Shown one piece after another: positions 1 through 10,099 of a stretch of 64,000 nt of DNA (positions are counted from its first letter, which is position 1; the number at the start of each line of letters is the position of its first letter). The position numbers and the translations under genes are program-made. Source of the stretch: Corallochytrium limacisporum Hawaii. Lineage: Eukaryota; Protista; Pluriformea. The notes beneath the pieces are model-generated. The model made no database searches, was not told where the DNA came from, and saw only the letters and a list, made by a program, of their open reading frames with translations. The stretch is from assembly GCA_002811645.1 (NCBI GenBank), contig PDIP01000035.1, positions 250,024 through 314,023 on the forward strand, in the 5' to 3' direction.

Positions 1-238
1 CAGATGTAGACAAGAGGTCTCAACTTTCCGGTTTAGGATCTTGGGGTAATCAGGCTCGTGTTTCCGAGTTATTCGTTTCTTTAGCACGTCAAAGAGGATG
101 TCTTCAGTACATGTTTATACGAGGTAGGACAGAGCAGAGGAATGAAACAGACTACCTGTGGTGCAAGTCTCTAGGGGACACTAGTACGAGTTCGAGTTCG
201 TGGCAGGACCATGATATCAGCGGTAGCGCATTGCAGTC

Positions 239-1357
239 ATGGCTCCATCGTCACTGGCTGCCGTGGCAGGAGTCATACTCGGCCTGCCTGTTGCACTAAC
301 AGCATTAAAGACAGGGATGATGGTTCTTGCACAAAATAAATTGATCTACGCCGGGTATTTACCACCTGGTTCAAGGTCGTCAGTGAACTTCCACGGGATC
401 GAAAGGACTACAATGCGCGCAGATCCCTTCATAGTGGAAACGACAGACGGTAAGGCCAAGCTTCAGTGCTACTTGATGCATGATCCAGCACGACTGGAAA
501 GTATCGCATCATCAGTTGGTCGCGCACCGCTACGATATCACTGTCTGCTCTATTTTCATGGCAATGCAGGTAACATTGGACATCGCATGGAGCATCTTTG
601 GGGTATCCTACAATCGTGGCCTCGTAATGATCCGTTAACTGACCGTCCAATCTACCCTGTGATCTTCGGCGTGGATTATCGCGGCTACGGATTAAGCTCT
701 GGAACAGCCACGGAAATTGGGCTCAGGAATGATGCAGTTTCCGTGCTGGAGACAACGCAGAAGCGCTTCAGAACGGTGCTGAAAGCAATCGGCAGTGCTG
801 ATTCAAGCACAGTTGAGTCCAACGACATAAGACTCTTTATCTACGGCCATAGTCTCGGCGGTGCCGTTGGTTTGCATTGTGCTGCGACTGCACATCGGCT
901 GCAACAGTCGTGCCGAGACACCAGATCCGCCGTTGATGGGTTGATCGTAGAGAATACTTTCACTTCCGTCCCGGAGGTTGCTCGCGCGTTCTACCCACGG
1001 TGGTCTATTCCGCACCGACTGTCTCATTCGCGCTGGCTTCTTTGGAATCGATGGGACTGTCGCACATCGATCAGTGACATCGACCTCAGCCGGCTGCCCG
1101 TCCTCTTATTGAGCAGTTCAAACGATGATGTGCTACCGCCATCTATGATGGAGGAGTTGCGAGCTCTTCTGGTGGAGAAGGAGACGGCAAACTTCGACGA
1201 TGGCGGAGATGAACAGAATAAGAATTGCGGCGGCAGAAGCAAAATCGTCTTCCAAGGCATAAAAGGCGGCCATCATGACGATGGTTTTTTAAAACCGTAC
1301 TATTGGGACGCCTGGAAGATGTTTCTCAAGCACAGCATTGGAGACAAAAATACATGA
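239..1357 (+). CDS. ABHD13: ABHD13/Bem46-like alpha/beta hydrolase
   Basis: 372 aa; hydrophobic N-terminus then QNKLIY, LLYFHGNAGNIGHR, VDYRGYGLSSG, GHSLGGAV nucleophile elbow, IVENTFTS, candidate catalytic Asp (DDVLPP) and His (GGHHDD). Confidence 0.88.
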   Translation: MAPSSLAAVAGVILGLPVALTALKTGMMVLAQNKLIYAGYLPPGSRSSVNFHGIERTTMRADPFIVETTDGKAKLQCYLMHDPARLESIASSVGRAPLRYHCLLYFHGNAGNIGHRMEHLWGILQSWPRNDPLTDRPIYPVIFGVDYRGYGLSSGTATEIGLRNDAVSVLETTQKRFRTVLKAIGSADSSTVESNDIRLFIYGHSLGGAVGLHCAATAHRLQQSCRDTRSAVDGLIVENTFTSVPEVARAFYPRWSIPHRLSHSRWLLWNRWDCRTSISDIDLSRLPVLLLSSSNDDVLPPSMMEELRALLVEKETANFDDGGDEQNKNCGGRSKIVFQGIKGGHHDDGFLKPYYWDAWKMFLKHSIGDKNT

Positions 1358-1453
1358 CACAAAATTTCTCTAAATGAATAGGAACGGGACTGTCTTGTAT
1401 TTAAGGCGAGATTATGAAGTCCATGATTGATTGGATATATGCGCATGAACATC

Positions 1454-4400
1454 CTAGTCTTCCCAGTTCTGGTACATAGCAATAGCCTTCTTGACGGCAA
1501 TCAATTCGTTGTCAAATGCCTCTTTCTGCTCGGCGTTTTTGGCGCGGACGTCAGCGGGAACCTTCTGCACGTAGCCGTCCATATCCATGCGCTTCGAGAG
1601 GTTCGCAATTTGAGACTGCAACTTGGTGACCTTGCCTTCGAGCTTCTTGATCTCCTTCCCTGGCTCCACAAGGCCCTTAATGTAGATATAAGCCTCGGCA
1701 CGGTCACCCACAGTATCCATGGCACAGTGCTTTGGTGCGGCATCTTCACCGCTCATGAGGATCTGAACGCTTTCCACATTTGCCAGTGTGACAATGGTGC
1801 GTGCGAAGGGTTCAAGTGTAGGCTTCATGTCATGCACGTTGCACAGGATGAATGCAGCCGGCTTGACCTTGGGAGTGAGGTACTCACTCTTCAAAGACCG
1901 CAGGCGGCTCACACACTCCATAACCTCGCTGACCTGGGCCTCGATCTCCTCGTTACGCTGCGGTGCATTGTCAGCCTCCGGGTAGGCCGAGATGTGAATG
2001 GACGGGCACTTCTCGTCCGCATACCGGGGTAGACGCTGCCATAATTCCTCTGTCAAGAAAGGCATGAATGGGGCCATGAGCTTCAGTCCCTGGTCCAGAC
2101 AGTGGTACAACACGGCCCGGCTCCGTTTCTGACCTTCGACCTGCCAGTCCTTGGGCTCGGCATTATATGGGAAATACATCTTCATGTTCTCCAGGTAAAT
2201 GTCACACAGATCGTACAACCAGAAGTTGTAGAGAGCAGTGGTGGCGTCCGGGAACATATACTCATTCATGGCCTTTTGCACGGTCACAATGCAGTAGTTG
2301 AGACGGCTCAGCATCCATGAGTCAATCGGGTTGGTGGGAGCCGGTCCCTTGTTGTTGATGCTGCTACCTTCAGGCTTGTAGTCCTTGCCCAGACGCATCA
2401 GGGCAAACTTGGTTGCGTTCCAAAGTTTGTTGCAGAAGAAACGGTAGCCTTGGAGACGCAAGACATCCAAGTTGATGTCACGGCCCTGGGCAGTATAGGC
2501 CATGAGACCGAAACGCATGGCGTCGGTGCCACACTGGGGAATGCCTTCCGGATAGTCAGCCTTCTGGCCGGCACGAGCCCTCTTCAGCTCCTTCGGGTCA
2601 AGGTTGCCGTTTTCGAGCTTCTCGTGCAGTCCCTCTAGGGAAATGCCAGTGATAATGTCACGCGGGTCAATGACATTGCCCAGGGACTTGGACATTTTGC
2701 GACCGTGGGCATCGCGAATCATGGCATGCAGGTAGACCTCCTGGAAGGGACACTGTCCGAGGAGGGCCCAGCTCATCATGACCATTCGGGCAACCCAGAA
2801 GAAGATAATGTCATGGCCAGTCTCGAGCAGGGTATTCGGGAAAAAGGCCTTCATATCTGGTGTTTCGCGGGGCCAGCCCTGGGTCGCGAAAGGAAACAGA
2901 CCAGAGCTGAACCACGTGTCCAGAACGTCAGGATCCTGCTCTAGGGTCAAGCGGCTCTCGTCTTCGATACCTGTCTGCTTCTTGGCCTGGGCCAGCGCGT
3001 CTTTCTGGTTACGAGCAATGACCCATGCCCCCCGCACGGTCTCGTCGCGTTCCACTGGCTGACCATCAACAAGAATACGCCACGCAGGAACTCGATGGCC
3101 CCACCAGAGTTGGCGACTGATGCACCAATCACGGGGGTTCTCCAGCCAACGGCGCCAGGTCTTAACGTGGTCAACGGGGGTGAGATTGAGCTCACCATCC
3201 TCTACGTATTTCAGAGCAGCTGCGGCCATTTCGTCCATCTTGACGAACCACTGTGGTTTCAGCATAGGCTCCACAATGTCCTTCGTGCGGGAACAGATTG
3301 GCAAGGTCATGTTGTGGGACTTGATTTCCTTCAACAAACCCAGTTCCTTCAGCTTCTCGCCGATGGTGATTCGAGCGTCGAAACGCATTTGTCCCTCGAA
3401 CTCAGGCACCAAATCGTTGATTGTGCCGTTGTCGTTAAGCATACATAGCATGGGTAAGTTGTGGCGTTTGCCGGCTTCATAATCATTGGGGTCGTGGGCT
3501 GGAGTTATCTTTACAGCACCGGTGCCAAATTCCATGTCAACCAACTCTTTGTCCAAAATGATCGGCATGGCCTCCTTGCGAAGGGGATGCCAGACCTTGC
3601 GTCCGTGCAGATGAATATACCGCGGATCGTCTGGGTGGACTGCAACGGCAGTGTCACCGAGCATGGTCTCCAGACGTGTGGTGGCCACAATAATCTCTTC
3701 AGCACCTGCTCCAGGATCAGCATCTTCTTTGCCTTCAGGACAGATGCGATAGGCAAATTCCGTTAGGGTACCGAATGTGTACGACTCCTTGCTATGATTG
3801 GGCACGGGCATCTGTTTGTTGCCCTCAATTTCAATGTTGTCAACCTCGAGGTCACTGATGGCAGAATTCAGTTTTGAGCACCAGTTTACGAGGCGGGTGG
3901 CCCGGTAGATCTTGCCGTCGTTGTACAGACGAACAAATGCTTCCAGTACAGCCTCAACCATGTCATCATCCATGGTGAAGTTTGCGCGATCCCAGTCGAA
4001 GGAGGTACCCATGGCACGCAATTGATCGTAGATAATACCACCGAACTCATTCTTGTAGTCCCAGACACGTTTGAGGAACTCCTCACGACCAAGATCATGA
4101 CGGGTCTTACCCTCGAGGCGCTGCACGCGCTTCTCTACAACAACCTGAGTGGCGATGCCAGCATGGTCACAGCCCGGATTCCACAGCACAGTCTCACCGC
4201 GCATACGGTGCCAGCGGGTTAAGGTGTCCTCGACAGCCATTGTCAGAGCATGACCAATGTGCAAGACGCCGGTGACGTTTGGAGGTGGGATCACCATTAC
4301 AAACTTGCCCTTCGGATTCTCCGCCTGAACGTCCCGGCCGCCGTACTCAGGTTTGTAAAAGCCTTCCTTCTCCCACCACTTGCCCCATGAGGACTCGACA

Positions 4401-4741
4401 CGGCGGGGATCATAGCCAGCGTCCATCTCTTCGCCAAGGATCTTCTTCTCTCCCGGCTTGGTGGGATCTACCCAGTTGTCCTGCTTTGCAACAGCCTTGA
4501 CCTTGGCCTTCTTCTCTTCCTTTGCCTTTCCATCTTTGGCTTTTCCATCACCACCCTTTGATTTCAGCTTCTCCTGTTTGGCCAGAAACTTTGCCAGCTT
4601 CTCCGCCTGCTTCTTGGCCTTGTTTGGATTGCTACTCAGAGTAGTTCCAAGGAACTCTTGGCCCGGAACCACATTCTCTGCAGCCTTCAGCGCCTCCTCG
4701 GCAGTCATCTGAGGCACAACCTGGGCCTCTTCGCCTGTCAT
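1454..4741 (-). CDS. VARS1: Valyl-tRNA synthetase (eukaryotic cytosolic type)
   Basis: PPPNVTGVLHIGHAL (HIGH), DWCISRQLWWGHR, DVLDTWFSS, GRKMSKSLGN (KMSKS), Lys-rich N-terminal extension; first ATG at 4741 (ORF track starts at upstream GTG 4822). Confidence 0.97.
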   Translation of the reverse strand: MTGEEAQVVPQMTAEEALKAAENVVPGQEFLGTTLSSNPNKAKKQAEKLAKFLAKQEKLKSKGGDGKAKDGKAKEEKKAKVKAVAKQDNWVDPTKPGEKKILGEEMDAGYDPRRVESSWGKWWEKEGFYKPEYGGRDVQAENPKGKFVMVIPPPNVTGVLHIGHALTMAVEDTLTRWHRMRGETVLWNPGCDHAGIATQVVVEKRVQRLEGKTRHDLGREEFLKRVWDYKNEFGGIIYDQLRAMGTSFDWDRANFTMDDDMVEAVLEAFVRLYNDGKIYRATRLVNWCSKLNSAISDLEVDNIEIEGNKQMPVPNHSKESYTFGTLTEFAYRICPEGKEDADPGAGAEEIIVATTRLETMLGDTAVAVHPDDPRYIHLHGRKVWHPLRKEAMPIILDKELVDMEFGTGAVKITPAHDPNDYEAGKRHNLPMLCMLNDNGTINDLVPEFEGQMRFDARITIGEKLKELGLLKEIKSHNMTLPICSRTKDIVEPMLKPQWFVKMDEMAAAALKYVEDGELNLTPVDHVKTWRRWLENPRDWCISRQLWWGHRVPAWRILVDGQPVERDETVRGAWVIARNQKDALAQAKKQTGIEDESRLTLEQDPDVLDTWFSSGLFPFATQGWPRETPDMKAFFPNTLLETGHDIIFFWVARMVMMSWALLGQCPFQEVYLHAMIRDAHGRKMSKSLGNVIDPRDIITGISLEGLHEKLENGNLDPKELKRARAGQKADYPEGIPQCGTDAMRFGLMAYTAQGRDINLDVLRLQGYRFFCNKLWNATKFALMRLGKDYKPEGSSINNKGPAPTNPIDSWMLSRLNYCIVTVQKAMNEYMFPDATTALYNFWLYDLCDIYLENMKMYFPYNAEPKDWQVEGQKRSRAVLYHCLDQGLKLMAPFMPFLTEELWQRLPRYADEKCPSIHISAYPEADNAPQRNEEIEAQVSEVMECVSRLRSLKSEYLTPKVKPAAFILCNVHDMKPTLEPFARTIVTLANVESVQILMSGEDAAPKHCAMDTVGDRAEAYIYIKGLVEPGKEIKKLEGKVTKLQSQIANLSKRMDMDGYVQKVPADVRAKNAEQKEAFDNELIAVKKAIAMYQNWED

Positions 4742-5335
4742 GGCTGCTATATATAAAGTGCTTTCAAACCCGGGATACCGAAAATGGTTTGCAAGTCCAG
4801 TTTGGGATTTTGCCGTTTGCACACTTCGCGTTCAACGTCTTATTACTTTGAAATAGATGTGTTTGGCAACCACAAGTCGCTATTGTTAAAGTCATGCATG
4901 GTTCAGTCGCCTGCCAACAGATACAAACGCACACAAAATGCAAGAAGGGATATTCTGGTGGCAAACAAACAGGAGGCAAATGGGAAAGCCAAGCTTGGTC
5001 TAATTGAACTTTACACGCGACAGGCTTGGCACGGCAGAGTTTTGCTGCCTGTCAAGATGCCTTGCAGAAAACTGAACGCATCGGTTGGTGATCCCTGACA
5101 GAGAAAGAAATCGTGCCTTGGTCTGGGTTGATGGTTCACTCGAAATCTCACACACACTGCCAACGCACGCACGATCAAAACACTATGAGATTTAGTACAA
5201 ACTCACACACAAAACCACCTCGTCCCTTCCCGTCCCTAAACACAAAATCATTCTACCAATCAATCTCGCACAAACCGCCCCCCCCCCCCCCACATGCCGC
5301 CCCGCACAGCCGCGGGTTGTTCACGGGGCCTTGTG

Positions 5336-5775
5336 CCGTTTTAGTTGCCTTGCTGAATGAAATATAACTGTGCCCCTTATTAAATTCAATTAATTACTTC
5401 CTCCCTTCAAACGGGAGGGGGGGCGTCGCGCTTTGGGAGGGGGAGGGGATCCGGGGTCGATTCAAAACCCAATAATTCGGGGCCGTTATGGGGCGCCCGG
5501 AGAGCTGCGGACTCCATAGTGAAAGTACAGAAGATATTTCTACCGTTCGCCAAGCGCGCCAAAAAGTCAAAATTGAAAATCTCTCCCCCCGGGGTGGGGT
5601 GTTTGCAGGGAGGGTGAAGTACCTGGGACGGTATCACCCTGCGGGCGTACCTATGATCAGTCTTTTAGCGATGATATGTTTGGTGTTGCCATTGGTTGGT
5701 TCAACATTTTATCCTTATTTATCATATGGTGTGATGTTAAGTACAGCTGTGTCAAATAATGTATTGTGATTTGAA
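5336..5775. promoter_or_regulatory. Cluster of cell-cycle-type motifs upstream of TACC (E2F, CHR, Myb core)
   Basis: GCGCGCCAAA 5554-5563; TTCAAA/TTTGAA at 5406, 5461, 5770; AACGG/CCGTT at 5336, 5410, 5483, 5543. Confidence 0.45.
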
Positions 5776-5896
5776 CTTGGCTCATGCAATGGAAGGTAGT
5801 TATTTAAGAAATGCCAAGAGAACCGGGCTGTAACACTGGAGACAGTCATCAGTATAGTTCTTCCGGGACGGTCATTCATCTTTGTTCAAAGCAACC

Positions 5897-7270
5897 ATGC
5901 CGACTACAACGGGAAGAAGTCCGCTTTCTACGGTTCAGGGAGACAACCCCACCACCAACGGTTCGGGGCAAAAGTCGGAACTGACAAAAATTCCGCTTCC
6001 AAAATCGGGTGGTGGCATCCCGCTTCCCGCAAAGCCAGCGGCGCTCAAGCGTACCTTGGCCAGTGGACAGCGTCGAAGTCCATCTCTTCGTAGCCCTGCT
6101 CTAGAGAACCATTTGTCCAAGACTCGCTTTAACAGCACTCCGACGGCGTCCCCGATCTACACCAGCATCGACAATGTACCGGAGCCAACCCCCAGTAAGA
6201 ATCGTATTGTCCTCGACGACGATGACGACGACGACGATGATGAGGTCGAAGCCGCCATTACTGAACCGATAGAGAACAAAACCATCGAAAATTTGAAAGA
6301 AAGCGGTAACATTGACACTCCAGGATCCACAACATCCCAGATCTCTCAAACACTCGTGAAAGAAGCGGTCAGTTCGGGTGGCGCAAGTTTTTTGAATAGC
6401 AACACTAAGGATACGGTCGTCCAGGAAAGCGCAGACACGCTAATAAGCCCTCTGCACCCCCCTCTTAAGAGTGTTCAGGGACAAAATGATGGTACTCCTC
6501 AGCCTGAGGAGCAAACTCCGATCCAGCAGAAAGGTGTGGAGGATTTTAAGGATGACGACCAACCAATCGTGTCACTACTCGACACTGAAAACGTTATGCT
6601 CACTCCCAATTCGTTCAAGAAATACTCTGAGCGGGAATGGCGGGATATGACCAAGAAAATATACAGTGAGGCCAGCAAGGAGGCTGCGCTGCTGAACGAC
6701 GAGTGTGAGAACCTGCAGAGCCAACTGACGAAGGAGAAGCAGACCCAGGACGAACTGCGTCGTGTTCTGAATGAATACGAAAAGACTATTTCGTCAATGA
6801 TTGCAGAGAAGAGCAAAGCGACTGAAAAATACGAGAGTGATATTGCTGAAATGCGAACTAAACATGGCGCAGAGGTTGAGCGGTTAAATCGTGAGCTGAA
6901 CCAGGCACGGGAGAGCTACGACGACCTCAGCAAGCGCCATGAAAACATGAAGAGCTACGCACAGTCGTTTAAGGACAAGGAGGAGCAGCTGAAGGAGAGT
7001 CTGAGAGTTTCGGAGGCTGATCTGAAGGTCAGTGAACAGCGGTACGCGACCTTGAAGAGTCATGCAGAGACAAAGCTAAAGAACGCGGGATTGGAACTGG
7101 AGAAGATGGAAGATGCCTTCCGAACAGAGACCGCGGCACTGCGGGCCAAGGTGAAGCAGCTCGAGCTCTCCCAGGCGAGCATGAAGGACTCACTGGCTGC
7201 CAAAGAGAAGGAAAACAAGGAGTTGATGACCATTTGCGATGATTTGATAGCCAAAATGGACCAGAAATGA
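5897..7270 (+). CDS. TACC: TACC-domain (transforming acidic coiled-coil) protein
   Basis: S/P/T-rich and acidic N-terminus; C-terminal ~200 aa coiled coil with EYEKTI, RYATLKSHAE and terminal KEKENKELMTICDDLIAKM typical of TACC domains; ATG at 5897. Confidence 0.85.
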   Translation: MPTTTGRSPLSTVQGDNPTTNGSGQKSELTKIPLPKSGGGIPLPAKPAALKRTLASGQRRSPSLRSPALENHLSKTRFNSTPTASPIYTSIDNVPEPTPSKNRIVLDDDDDDDDDEVEAAITEPIENKTIENLKESGNIDTPGSTTSQISQTLVKEAVSSGGASFLNSNTKDTVVQESADTLISPLHPPLKSVQGQNDGTPQPEEQTPIQQKGVEDFKDDDQPIVSLLDTENVMLTPNSFKKYSEREWRDMTKKIYSEASKEAALLNDECENLQSQLTKEKQTQDELRRVLNEYEKTISSMIAEKSKATEKYESDIAEMRTKHGAEVERLNRELNQARESYDDLSKRHENMKSYAQSFKDKEEQLKESLRVSEADLKVSEQRYATLKSHAETKLKNAGLELEKMEDAFRTETAALRAKVKQLELSQASMKDSLAAKEKENKELMTICDDLIAKMDQK

Positions 7271-7436
7271 AACGCAAGCAGCTGTTTTGGCTTGGCATTT
7301 GACAATCTCCCGGCAAGGCATGGCACTGGCTGCACCCTTGGCGGTGGCTCTCATCTTCAGCGCATGAATTGCGTTTCAATGATTCTATAAGTAACACTAC
7401 ACTGAAAGATTTTATTTCTAATTAGTTCAATGTTCT

Positions 7437-7886
7437 CTATGCCGCTGACGAGAAATCCTTATTGAGCTTCGATGCCAGTTGGGTCATCTTGAGCAAGTAC
7501 GCAAAGCTGTTGTCCTCATCTGGTGGGTTCTCTCGTTCCCAGAGGTGAATCTTCTTGAAAGTGCCGGTAGCCCTCCAGGCCCGCCCATGGTCCTCGGTTA
7601 CAGCCTTACGCTCCTCAGTCACGACAAGGCCGACGAATCCTTCCGGTATGTCCTCAGTACGACCGACAAGCTCTCTTCCCCGAAACCTGGCCTGCCAGAT
7701 TCCTTCTCGATTGCTGTCCTGTTCGTGCCAGAAGTAGTCGTCTACTCGTGCCGGCCCATCGTACGCAATGTCAACGGGAAGCTGGTGCAATTTTATTTCC
7801 GCAGATTCACCCTTGTTCATAATGTTCTCCAATGAGTCCCCTCGGATCACTGTTGCGGTTGATTCTTCATTTGTAGAAATAGGCAT
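7437..7886 (-). CDS. RNASEH2C: Ribonuclease H2 subunit C
   Basis: 149 aa with LHQLPVDIAYDGPARVDDYF, ARFRGRELVG, PEGFVGLV, FKKIHLW motifs. Confidence 0.9.
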   Translation of the reverse strand: MPISTNEESTATVIRGDSLENIMNKGESAEIKLHQLPVDIAYDGPARVDDYFWHEQDSNREGIWQARFRGRELVGRTEDIPEGFVGLVVTEERKAVTEDHGRAWRATGTFKKIHLWERENPPDEDNSFAYLLKMTQLASKLNKDFSSAA

Positions 7887-8129
7887 GGTGTTGGCTTTGA
7901 GTGCAGTCTATTTCTTGTCATGTGCCAACTCGCCATTCATCAGTTACAAAAAACTCTCTTTCCTGTCCATACAACTGAGATTGTAACATGCGGAAAAAGA
8001 TACAGTAGCTAGATACCCAAGGGCCACAGTTTTTACACCTCCACTGGGGTGTGGATTACCAGACCCCTGAAGGCGCTCCAGTGGTCCCAATCCCCACCTT
8101 CTACCGCCCGTAAATTCCACGGCGACTGG

Positions 8130-8137
8130 GCGCGAAA
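8130..8137 (-). promoter_or_regulatory. E2F-type site (TTTCGCGC on minus strand) upstream of RNASEH2C
   Basis: Exact GCGCGAAA about 245 bp upstream of the RNASEH2C ATG. Confidence 0.4.
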
Positions 8138-8290
8138 ACGGAGCAGAGGTGTGCGGAAGGGGAAGGGAGTCCATTTTTACATTGCCAGACCCACAAGGTT
8201 CTCATGTCAAGTGAATGTAATCCAATGGTCAATACTAGCACGCTGTATTCTCAAATGAAAGGAGACGCTTAAATTCCTCTAGCGAAGCAG

Positions 8291-9727
8291 TCAGATCGCT
8301 TCCATAAAGCTGCGCAGGCCCTGACCAAGCTCCCAGATGGCAATACCAACCCCGAATCTGTTCGCCAGCTCTACACGGAACCGTACACTTTCCACGGTCG
8401 GGAAATAGACGAAGTGCAGACGGTCACCGTCATCCACGTCACGGTACTGGAACGCGTGCTCAGCAGATATTTGGTCCCATTTGATCTCGGTCTCTGGGTA
8501 CTTTTCCAAAAGGGAAAGGTACTCGGGCGCAAGGATAGGCTTGCCTTGACCCTTACCTCCTTCGTCCGGCCAGTAATTCCATCCGTAGAAGTTCAAGCCA
8601 ACCATTACCTGGTCACGCCCGGGGGCCTCAGTCTGGCGTTCCTCGTCGGAGACGCTCTTCGGCTCTAATCCCAAGTCCGCAGCGAGCAGCAAGTCTTCGT
8701 CTTCGCTATCTGCTGGCATGCCTTCCTTGGCCGCAGTGTCCACCCACTGCTTGTAAGGTTGTCCGACGAAGAGTCGCATTATACTGTCTCGGACCCAGGT
8801 GATTGGTGAGTTTGCTCCTGCCTGCGATGGGTGGCTAAAATCATAGGTAATCAGTTGAAAATGTCCCACGAATGGACGAAGTTCGTCGAAATGCTCTTGG
8901 GTGAATGAGTCCTCTTCCGGAGCGCGAAATCCAGGAACGGGCAGCACATACTCAAGCTTTGCCTTCTTGGCAAGTACGCCAACGGCACTGAAGAAGGACA
9001 TGAGCATCTTGGCGAACTCCTTTTCAGACCCAATGCGATTCCAGAGCTCCAGAGTGATCCCATCGAATTTGTTCCTGGTGCAATGTTCAAGAATTCTAAG
9101 CGCCGTTTCTTCTATGATTGCGGGTTGGGTCATGAGTGCACTCATGGCGGGGCTGTCCCAGTTTTTGATAATGTAACGAGGCACTATTTTTATGTCCGGA
9201 TTTTTTTTCCTGAGAGCTTCAACCCACTCCACGTCAATGTTTTCATCCCCTCCAACTGAAGAGATCACGGTGTGCACTTCCTTGTCATCAGGCAAGTTCG
9301 CACCAGCTGCGTTTGCAGTTTGGACTTCCTCCTTGCTCAGCACCGACTGTTTGCCACTGACTTCGAACCAGCACGGGGCAACATGAGTAAACTTCTGTGC
9401 GAACTCCTTGGCTACATCGTAACCACTCCCATTCCATGGTGTGACATAGCCCAACACCACACCCTTGGTCTTTCTTGAAGTGTTTGGATCCATGTACTTT
9501 GCCTTAGCCTCTCGGTCAATAATCTTAGAGAGCACAATGTCACCTCCAAGGGCATTATCAATGTTCTTTAGCTGCTTATTATCTACCACAGTGTAAAAAC
9601 CAGTATCTGTGGCAAGAAGCTCCTCAGGATTCTTGATCTCGACCTTGTTGTCACCCACTTCGGCCAAAGCAAGCGTTGACGCCTGCAGAACCAGGTGCAA
9701 CCCTAACGGTGTAAACCCGAACTTCAT
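8291..9727 (-). CDS. CHID1: Chitinase domain-containing protein 1 (GH18-like, probably non-catalytic)
   Basis: Signal peptide; VLGYVTPWNGSGYDVAK..KFTHVAPCW, FDGITLELW (degenerate DxDxE), TYDFS, GLNFYG, GIAIWELGQGL. Confidence 0.9.
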   Translation of the reverse strand: MKFGFTPLGLHLVLQASTLALAEVGDNKVEIKNPEELLATDTGFYTVVDNKQLKNIDNALGGDIVLSKIIDREAKAKYMDPNTSRKTKGVVLGYVTPWNGSGYDVAKEFAQKFTHVAPCWFEVSGKQSVLSKEEVQTANAAGANLPDDKEVHTVISSVGGDENIDVEWVEALRKKNPDIKIVPRYIIKNWDSPAMSALMTQPAIIEETALRILEHCTRNKFDGITLELWNRIGSEKEFAKMLMSFFSAVGVLAKKAKLEYVLPVPGFRAPEEDSFTQEHFDELRPFVGHFQLITYDFSHPSQAGANSPITWVRDSIMRLFVGQPYKQWVDTAAKEGMPADSEDEDLLLAADLGLEPKSVSDEERQTEAPGRDQVMVGLNFYGWNYWPDEGGKGQGKPILAPEYLSLLEKYPETEIKWDQISAEHAFQYRDVDDGDRLHFVYFPTVESVRFRVELANRFGVGIAIWELGQGLRSFMEAI

Positions 9728-10078
9728 GGTTTAAACAACGCGTGAACTTTGTTTGCCAAGACAAAATTTGTCACTACGATCACGCAATAGTCTACAGATC
9801 TCGTTTTGTCAAGTACCCAGCACACGGGAGGAAACGGTGCAAGCCGTCAGCCCGAAACCCTGCCGCCGATCGAAAAGCCAAAACAGATTCAATGTTAGGG
9901 GCCTAATTTTCAAGACCCTCTCGGAAACAATGCTCCTAGCTCTTTGGTGGTCTCCATCTCCCTTGCCCGCTCCCTCTCCCCTCCATTCATTTTTGGTTGG
10001 TATTCCCCCTTGGGTATCCACCGTCCCGACGCGCACGGTGAAGGAGGGAAAATAAACTGGGAAGGAAAAGACCTGTGG

Positions 10079-10099
10079 CCCCCCCCCGCGGGGGGGGGG
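10079..10099. repeat. C9-GC-G10 quasi-palindrome (member of a recurrent intergenic element)
   Basis: cccccccccgcgggggggggg; a second related tract at 10400-10433. Confidence 0.85.

Noticed and set aside
4742-4822. GTG-initiated 27-codon N-terminal extension of ValRS as a mitochondrial targeting isoform
   Set aside because: Short, not Arg-rich or amphipathic, and closed by a stop just upstream; no support beyond an open frame
9698-9707. CAACCCTAAC telomerase-template-like sequence
   Set aside because: Lies antisense within CHID1 signal-peptide codons; a single short match
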